Position numbers and translations under genes: made by a program | Part shown: positions 60,946-64,000 of the stretch, in pieces | How the letters are laid out: the number at the start of each line of letters is the position of its first letter | Numbering within the stretch: position 1 is the first letter of the stretch | Source: Candidatus Latescibacterota bacterium | Lineage (GTDB): Bacteria > Latescibacterota > UBA2968 > SICM01 | Direction: 5' to 3' | Length of the DNA: 64,000 bases | Assembly: GCA_965217865.1 (NCBI GenBank) | Contig: CBDCJO010000002.1 | Location: 3,808,001 to 3,872,000, forward strand | The notes under the pieces: model-generated | Seen by the model: the letters and a program-made list of their open reading frames with translations, nothing else | What the model was told of the DNA's origin: nothing | The model's database searches: none

Positions 60946-61893
60946 GTGAAGATTTTGGTGACAGGGGGGGCGGGGTTTATCGGTTCGCACGTCGTGGATG
61001 CCTGCCTTTCGGCGGGTCACGAGGTCGTCGTTCTGGACGATCTTTCCCGGGGGGAGAGGCGGAACCTGAACGCCGGGGCCAGATTTTATGAGATCGATGT
61101 GTGCGACCCCGAAGCGAGAAAAATCATCCAAGAGGAGAAACCGGACATCCTCAGCCACCACGCCGCCCAGATGAGCGTTACGGACTCGGTTAAGGACCCG
61201 ATGCACGATGCACGAGTCAATATCCTGGGAACGATCAACCTCCTGGAGGCTTCGGCTGCCGTGGGAACTCAAAAAGTCATCTTTGCATCGTCGGGGGGGG
61301 CGATCTATGGAGAGGTCAGGGAGGCGCCCGTTGACGAAAATTCCACCACGGTCCCGATCTCCCCATACGCTGTTTCCAAGATCGCGGGGGAATGCTATCT
61401 TGGATACTTCAGGAGACAGCACGGACTTCGCTATACCATTCTCCGCTATGCAAATGTTTACGGCCCCAGGCAGAATCCATTCGGCGAAGCGGGTGTGGTT
61501 GCGGTTTTCTCCACAAGCATGCTTTCCGGTAAACCGCCCAGGGTCAATGCAGCCAGGGAGGTGGGCGACCCTGGAGATATCCGGGACTATGTCCACGTGG
61601 ATGATGTGGTGCACGCAAACCTGCTGGCGATAAAGGCGGGGGACGACGATGTCTTCAACATTGCCACGGGTCTGGAGACGACCACGGAAGACTTGTTTCA
61701 TCAAGTGGCCAAGGCGGTGGAATTTCAGGATCCACCGGAATACGGGCCACCCCGCCCCGGGGACCTCCTCCGGAGTGTCCTTTCCCCCCGGAAGGCCGAG
61801 CAGGTGCTCGGGTGGAGGCCGAAGACAGCCCTCAGTGAGGGCATTCGGAAGACGGTCGAGTACTTTCAACAGGACGGCAGAGATGTCTCCTAA
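60946..61893 (+). CDS. NAD-dependent epimerase/dehydratase (UDP-glucose 4-epimerase-like)
   Basis: TGGAGFIGSH, HHAAQ, SSGGAIYG, YAVSK, RYANVYGPRQ, RDYVHVDD. Confidence 0.93.
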   Translation: MKILVTGGAGFIGSHVVDACLSAGHEVVVLDDLSRGERRNLNAGARFYEIDVCDPEARKIIQEEKPDILSHHAAQMSVTDSVKDPMHDARVNILGTINLLEASAAVGTQKVIFASSGGAIYGEVREAPVDENSTTVPISPYAVSKIAGECYLGYFRRQHGLRYTILRYANVYGPRQNPFGEAGVVAVFSTSMLSGKPPRVNAAREVGDPGDIRDYVHVDDVVHANLLAIKAGDDDVFNIATGLETTTEDLFHQVAKAVEFQDPPEYGPPRPGDLLRSVLSPRKAEQVLGWRPKTALSEGIRKTVEYFQQDGRDVS

Positions 61894-62371
61894 ACATCTG
61901 GAATATCAGGAGAAGCTACTGCAGATCGGAGAAGCGATGGGATATGAATGTCGCCCCAGTTTCCGGAAGAGCGCCATGGGGGACGCGGTCTGGCTGGAGT
62001 CCACCAGCGGCAAATACGCCCGGGAGTTGCTCCCGATCGTGGCTTTCAAGGTCCTGTGCTTTGAGACCGGTAAGGAGATCCGGGAGGCCCTTATGACGCT
62101 CCAGGCCATCTCACCCGCACTTGGCGTCCTGGTGGTGATCGAAGAGGAATATGCGCGCCGGGCCAAGGAATTGAAGCGATACGATGCTCATACCTATCCA
62201 AAACATATTCGAAGACTTGCCGAAAAGCTCAAGTCAGGCATGGAATTGATTTTTAGGGTGGAGGTGTGGGGCCAGGAGGACGTGGACCGGCTTCACCGCG
62301 AGTTTGTTGAAGAGATGTTGGCACTCAAGAAGCGGAAGGTCCGGCGGAGGAGAAAGAGAACCAAGAAATAA
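61883..62371 (+). CDS. hypothetical protein, possible degenerate PD-(D/E)XK fold
   Basis: Start MSPKHLEYQ overlaps the epimerase stop; GDAVW..PIVAFKV; basic tail. Confidence 0.6.
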   Translation: MSPKHLEYQEKLLQIGEAMGYECRPSFRKSAMGDAVWLESTSGKYARELLPIVAFKVLCFETGKEIREALMTLQAISPALGVLVVIEEEYARRAKELKRYDAHTYPKHIRRLAEKLKSGMELIFRVEVWGQEDVDRLHREFVEEMLALKKRKVRRRRKRTKK

Positions 62372-62445
62372 ATTGAAGAATACCGATTGTATATTAGACG
62401 ATTGAATATTAAGGGAGTGAAGTTTTCGAATTCAGGAGTTCCCTT

Positions 62446-63528
62446 ATGGCATCCAGCGTCAAGTTTGTGTTCCTCGGGGCAACTCACCCGCATACGCCGT
62501 GGCATTTAAGGACACTGCAGCTTTTGGATGAAGTGTCTTCGATCGTTTTGTGGGACGAAAGCCGGGAGGCCCTCGAGAGGCTTCAAAAGGACCGTGGGGA
62601 AAAGGTGGAATTGATCACTACGGACCTTGATGAGGCCCTTGGACGGGAGGATGCCGAGTTTGCGTTCGTCGCCTTGAGGAACGATCAAACCCCCGAAGCC
62701 ATCGTTCGGGCTGCCCGTTCGGGAAAACACATTATGTCCGAGAAGCCGGTGGGTATAAATGCAGAACAGGTCTCCCGGGCCCTTGATGAAGTATCAAAGG
62801 CGGGTGTGGCCTTTGGCGTCTGTTATCCCAATCGTTACAACCCGGCTGCACAGGATATCAGACAACACGTCGGAAACGGATTTTTGGGACGCGTGATGGC
62901 GGCGGAAATGCGATTGATCACCTCTCAGGTGAAATTCCGCGACCCCTCGCTCTGGTTGTTCAAACGGGGGCTTGCCGGGGGTGGGATTCTTTCTTGGCTG
63001 GGCTGCCATTATATCGACCTGATCCGCTACATGCTGGACGATGAGATCACCCTGGTATCCGCGATGGTCGGGTCATTGGGCGGGGAGGAGATCGAAGTCG
63101 AAGACGTGGCGTGTCTGTCGATCCGGTTCCGAAAGGGCTCATTGGCGACCCTTCAGTGCGGCTACATGCTTCCGTCCAGCAGAAGCGGTTACACCGGGGC
63201 TTCTTATGACAGCTTCGTGGGGATTCGGGGGACGATGGGTCGGATCATGTGGTCTCCTTTCGAACGGGCGTCCGCCACCCTTCAGATAGAGAGCCTGTCC
63301 CCGGAGTGGAAGGCATCCCCGTTTCGAGAGTTCCATTATCGATTCGAAAAGTCAGAAGCATATGGCGGGATGTACGGCCTGATGTTCATCCGCGACTTTA
63401 TCGCCGCTGCGAAGTCCGGGAAAACCCCTCCGGCCGGGGCGCAGGACGCCTTGCGCGCCATTCAGGTAATCGACGCGGCCTACGAATCCAGCCGCACAGG
63501 GCGGTGGGTGGAGGTCGAAAATTCATAA
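62446..63528 (+). CDS. Gfo/Idh/MocA-family oxidoreductase
   Basis: GKHIMSEKP, RYNP, GGGILSWLGCHYID, ED.A, IDAAYESSRTG. Confidence 0.92.
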   Translation: MASSVKFVFLGATHPHTPWHLRTLQLLDEVSSIVLWDESREALERLQKDRGEKVELITTDLDEALGREDAEFAFVALRNDQTPEAIVRAARSGKHIMSEKPVGINAEQVSRALDEVSKAGVAFGVCYPNRYNPAAQDIRQHVGNGFLGRVMAAEMRLITSQVKFRDPSLWLFKRGLAGGGILSWLGCHYIDLIRYMLDDEITLVSAMVGSLGGEEIEVEDVACLSIRFRKGSLATLQCGYMLPSSRSGYTGASYDSFVGIRGTMGRIMWSPFERASATLQIESLSPEWKASPFREFHYRFEKSEAYGGMYGLMFIRDFIAAAKSGKTPPAGAQDALRAIQVIDAAYESSRTGRWVEVENS

Positions 63529-63544
63529 CGTCGATCGAGGTCAA

Positions 63545-64000
63545 ATGAATGCCGTGCCCTACCGCAGCGCGACACCTTCCCGTTTAATCCCCATCGCAAT
63601 ACCCGTTAATCCAAAGATCATCGTAGATGATGTGCCGCTCGAAGAGCTGGAGCGCAGGTTCCGGGACGGCCATCCTGAAACGGTCGCAAAAGTGGCATCG
63701 ACCCTGAACTTTGCGGATGGCTTTATCTCGGGCGGGCTAAAGGGGGGGTTCAAGATGATCCCGGGGAGAGAGCCCCGGGGGATCCATTCGTGTGCCTGTC
63801 CCATCCATCCCTTGGCGGTTCGATTCGGCGTGGGTTTCTCGTGGTACCTTAAAGACCCGTGGAGGCTCACCTGTCCCCTTTGCAAAGAGGAAGGACGGAC
63901 GTATCCGTTCTATCCCAATCCGAGGTATCCCGACGACGGGGAGGGATGTCGCCCCTCGGAGGAAGTATGGCGGGAGGATCACGGATCGGATTGGAACTGG
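63545..64000 (+). CDS. partial CDS, resembles N-terminus of heparinase II/III-family proteins
   Basis: Open to the window end: ..CACPIHP..FSWYLKDPWRLTCPLC..YPNPRYPDDGEG. Confidence 0.5.
   Translation, partial: MNAVPYRSATPSRLIPIAIPVNPKIIVDDVPLEELERRFRDGHPETVAKVASTLNFADGFISGGLKGGFKMIPGREPRGIHSCACPIHPLAVRFGVGFSWYLKDPWRLTCPLCKEEGRTYPFYPNPRYPDDGEGCRPSEEVWREDHGSDWNW

Noticed and set aside
60013-61869. 618-aa minus-strand ORF
   Set aside because: Antisense shadow of the well-conserved icd and epimerase genes; no recognisable motifs.

Overview
Bacterial genomic window with two parts. Lineage is only a guess: the gene repertoire resembles sugar-degrading FCB-type or Latescibacterota-like MAGs. (1) 1-29.7 kb is an accessory, IS-scarred region. 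It starts with a tandem array of ~800-aa MacB/FtsX-type ABC permeases, an adaptor and two ATPases. Gene junctions in the array are near-identical in DNA, and one slot holds a permease-leader/DUF4097 chimera. The array is cut by a CTAG-targeting IS1182-like element. Next come several pseudogenes, astA-astB, a tRNA-Pro 3'-half (att-like site), an IS3 element inside a DUF5069 gene and three MITE-like elements. One MITE is a ~700-bp inverted-repeat-bounded modular repeat array directly downstream of a YhcG-N(DUF1016)-thermonuclease fusion gene; a TM0106 nuclease lies nearby. (2) 29.7-64 kb is mostly housekeeping and metabolic: AsmA, sugar dehydrogenases, an oligogalacturonate lyase-like protein, a heterodimeric ABC exporter plus HlyD, a candidate ~245-nt structured RNA with its own promoter and terminator, an atypical PilZ-like protein, hisG-D-C-B, a surface-glycan locus (flippase, GT2/GT4, WecB, GT-C-like, WbpD/WbpE-like), icd, an epimerase and an oxidoreductase. 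Several single-base frameshifts fall in short homopolymers and may be sequencing errors. All family calls come from motif recognition by eye; no database search was run.
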